In this document: in pieces, positions 61,937-64,000 of the stretch
How positions within the stretch are numbered: the first letter of the stretch is position 1
Layout of the letters: every line of letters begins with the position of its first letter
Assembly: GCA_963762145.1 (NCBI GenBank)
Contig: CAVXJS010000011.1
Coordinates: 1-64,000 of the forward strand
DNA from: an uncultured Candidatus Rokubacteria bacterium
Lineage (GTDB): Bacteria; Methylomirabilota; Methylomirabilia; Rokubacteriales; CSP1-6
Direction: 5' to 3'
DNA: 64,000 nucleotides
Position numbers and translations under genes: made by a program
Notes under the pieces: generated by a model
What the model was told of the DNA's origin: nothing
The model's input: only the letters and a program-made list of their open reading frames with translations
The model's database searches: none

Positions 61937-62830
61937 ATGCCGTCGAGCATCGATAGGGCAGCGTTCCGCTGGTACTCGCACTCCTACAATCGGCCGAATT
62001 TTTATCGGCTCGCGGCGGCGTTGGGCTGGGTGCCACGCCGGTGGCGGCTTGCACTCGCACGGCGTATCGGGCGTCTCGCCCCGTCGCTCATGCCAACCGA
62101 ACGGGCCGCAATCGAGAAGGCCATGATGCGCTTCACCGGGGTCACCGGATCCCAGCTGGACACGCTCACCGTCCGCGTGTTCACTGATTTCGCCATGTGT
62201 TTCAGTGACTTGGTCTCGACAAACCGACAGCTCGCGGCGGTTCGCACCTTCCCGGTCGACAACGTGGAGGGCGTCGAACGGCTGGCCAGCCTGTCGGGGG
62301 GACTCATCTCGCTGACTGCGCACGTGGGCAACTGGGAGCTGGCCGGGCGGCTCCTCGCCGGAAGGAGTGCCCGGCCGACGCACGTGGTCGTCACTCCAGA
62401 CGAGGCGCGGGAGCTGCAACGCTGGGTGCGGCGGGATGGCGAAGGGGTGCGCTTCGTCTCGCGCTCGCGTCCCACCGTGTCGCTGGAACTGCTCGCCGCA
62501 CTCCGACGCGGCGAGGTGGTGGGTGTGCAAGGGGACCGGGCGCTCGGTACCAAGGGAGACGTTGAGATTCCCTTCTTTGGGCGCCCGGCACGGTTCCCGC
62601 TCGGGCCGTTCCTGCTGTCCAGCCGGGTCGGGGTCCCACTCTTGCCGGCCTTCTGCGTCCTGGACGCGCAGTATCGGTACAGGGTTAAAATAGCCGAGCC
62701 GTTCATCGCCGTGCGCGGCGAGGAGGAAGCCGCCGCGCGCACCTGGGTGGCGGCCCTCGAGGCCATCGTGCGGGAGTACCCGACTCAGTGGTTCAATTTC
62801 TTTGACATCTGGGCGCCGTTCGACCAGTAG
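61937..62830 (+). CDS. LpxL-like lysophospholipid/lipid A acyltransferase
   Basis: TAHVGNWE (HX4E), QGDR, PFFGRPA and YPTQWFNF. Confidence 0.88.
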   Translation: MPSSIDRAAFRWYSHSYNRPNFYRLAAALGWVPRRWRLALARRIGRLAPSLMPTERAAIEKAMMRFTGVTGSQLDTLTVRVFTDFAMCFSDLVSTNRQLAAVRTFPVDNVEGVERLASLSGGLISLTAHVGNWELAGRLLAGRSARPTHVVVTPDEARELQRWVRRDGEGVRFVSRSRPTVSLELLAALRRGEVVGVQGDRALGTKGDVEIPFFGRPARFPLGPFLLSSRVGVPLLPAFCVLDAQYRYRVKIAEPFIAVRGEEEAAARTWVAALEAIVREYPTQWFNFFDIWAPFDQ

Positions 62831-62857
62831 GACCACTTTCGGTTCAGGGGAGATGGG

Positions 62858-63133
62858 GTGGAGATCGACAAGGTGCTCGAGGAGCTCAAGGACCTCATGG
62901 TAGAGCGGCTCAAGTTCGAGCCGGGCCGCCTCCCAGAGCTGTCCCTGGCCACCGTGCTACCCAAGGACATAGAGGGATCGCTCGGGCTTGATTCGCTCGA
63001 CTTCATCGAGCTGTCGATTGGCATCGAGGAGCGCTTCGGGTTCGTAATCGACGAGTCGCAAGAGCTCGAGGCACACTTTCAGTCGTTAGGTACGTTGGTC
63101 GAGTACATCAAATCGCGCATGGCCGACCGCTGA
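62858..63133 (+). CDS. acyl carrier protein
   Basis: Acidic 91 aa; LGLDSLDFIEL phosphopantetheine site and EERFG. Confidence 0.9.
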   Translation: MEIDKVLEELKDLMVERLKFEPGRLPELSLATVLPKDIEGSLGLDSLDFIELSIGIEERFGFVIDESQELEAHFQSLGTLVEYIKSRMADR

Positions 63134-63135
63134 CC

Positions 63136-64000
63136 ATGGATGAGGTCGGGGCCACGCAAGCAATCAGTGGCATAGGACAAGCCAAAGCCGACGCGGACGC
63201 CGCGTTGCTCCGGGAGATGCTCCCTCCGTATCTCCTGCCGGTTATCAACCGCTCGTTCCTCCGGTCGCACAATCTATACGACGAGTTCGTCTGCCGCTTG
63301 GTTCTCAAGGTCATCCGCGAGATGGGGCTTGAATCGGCGATCCGGGAGGGGGGCAGCGCAGAGGTGATCGCCGCGCGGGAGAGACTCGACGTCGGCCAAG
63401 CTGTCGTGCCACTCGACTGGATGCTGCGGCTATTGGCCGCGCATGGGGTACTGGAGCATCTCCCCGGCGGGTCGGCGCATGAGTTCCGTGCGCGTGGTCC
63501 CTTGCCTACGGCAGATCCTGCCGCCGTGCGCGATGTGCAGCTTCAACACGATCCGTCGTGGCTGCCTTCCTATGTCCTCGCGGAAACGGTCGCCCAGGAC
63601 TATCCCGCGTTTCTGCGGGGAGACGTCGTCGGTGAGGAGGTGTTGTTCTCGCCGCGCCGGCTTCGGCTCTGGGTCGACTTCTTTTCGAACCAGAACGGCT
63701 TGTACGCCGTGAACAACCGGATTGGAGCGGCGGCCGTCGAGCAGTGGCTCCCTCTGGACGGTGGGGTGCTTGTTGAGCTCGGCGGAGGGTTAGGTAGCGG
63801 TGCCATCGCAGTGCTGGAGCGCCTGGGGGTGGCGGGCCGGCTTGGAGCGATCCAAGAGTATCGGTTCACCGAGCTCGTACCCGCGTTCCTGCGGCGCGGC
63901 GAGCAGGCGTTGCGGGCGCGTCGGCCTGAAAGCGTGCCCATCAGATTCGACATCCTCGATATGAATCGCCCCTTCGAGGCGCAGGGTATCGCACCGTCCA
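63136..64000 (+). CDS. stand-alone PKS-like SAM methyltransferase (partial, runs off window end)
   Basis: Open frame from ATG 63136: YPAFLRGDVVGEEVLF, YAVNN, LVELGGGLGSGA, YRFTELVPAFL and LDMNRPF. Confidence 0.75.
   Translation, partial: MDEVGATQAISGIGQAKADADAALLREMLPPYLLPVINRSFLRSHNLYDEFVCRLVLKVIREMGLESAIREGGSAEVIAARERLDVGQAVVPLDWMLRLLAAHGVLEHLPGGSAHEFRARGPLPTADPAAVRDVQLQHDPSWLPSYVLAETVAQDYPAFLRGDVVGEEVLFSPRRLRLWVDFFSNQNGLYAVNNRIGAAAVEQWLPLDGGVLVELGGGLGSGAIAVLERLGVAGRLGAIQEYRFTELVPAFLRRGEQALRARRPESVPIRFDILDMNRPFEAQGIAPS

Overview
High-GC bacterial window. The gene content is consistent with Ca. Rokubacteria/Methylomirabilota, which is an inference. Several stretches carry dense 1-nt frameshifts that look like long-read or assembly errors, so many coordinates are approximate. 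Positions 1-39.8 kb hold a large Wzy/Wza/Wzc-type exopolysaccharide locus. Its minus-strand arm has GT4s, a deacetylase, methyltransferases and an AsnB amidotransferase. A decayed region follows, with a methyltransferase pseudogene and a truncated asnB duplicate. The long plus-strand arm has FkbM, a Wzy-like membrane protein, GT4s, a carbamoyltransferase, an epimerase, GDP-fucose synthase, a priming sugar transferase, YdcF, an OM beta-barrel, Wza, Wzc, CpsD, a HAD hydrolase, a CHASE2 adenylate cyclase, FecR and an O-antigen-ligase-TPR protein. The most notable item is a complete lasso-peptide-like RiPP cassette at 22.4-27.3 kb (B2 peptidase, B1/RRE, C cyclase, 60-aa precursor, HPr-like kinase, nucleotidyltransferase). 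It is translationally coupled into the middle of this EPS operon, has no dedicated exporter, and its precursor breaks the canonical Thr(-2) and Asp/Glu(7-9) rules. Positions 39.8-64 kb hold a STAND-type adenylate cyclase, two GTs, a receiver protein, a PaaK-like ligase, an orphan ABC substrate-binding protein, SigK/RskA-like genes, NUDIX, DinB-TtuB-TtuA-thiolase, a cyclase fusion, RND efflux, VOC, MFS, and the start of a FabG-acyltransferase-ACP-methyltransferase lipid/polyketide-like cluster. I saw no rRNA, tRNA, CRISPR array or transposase.
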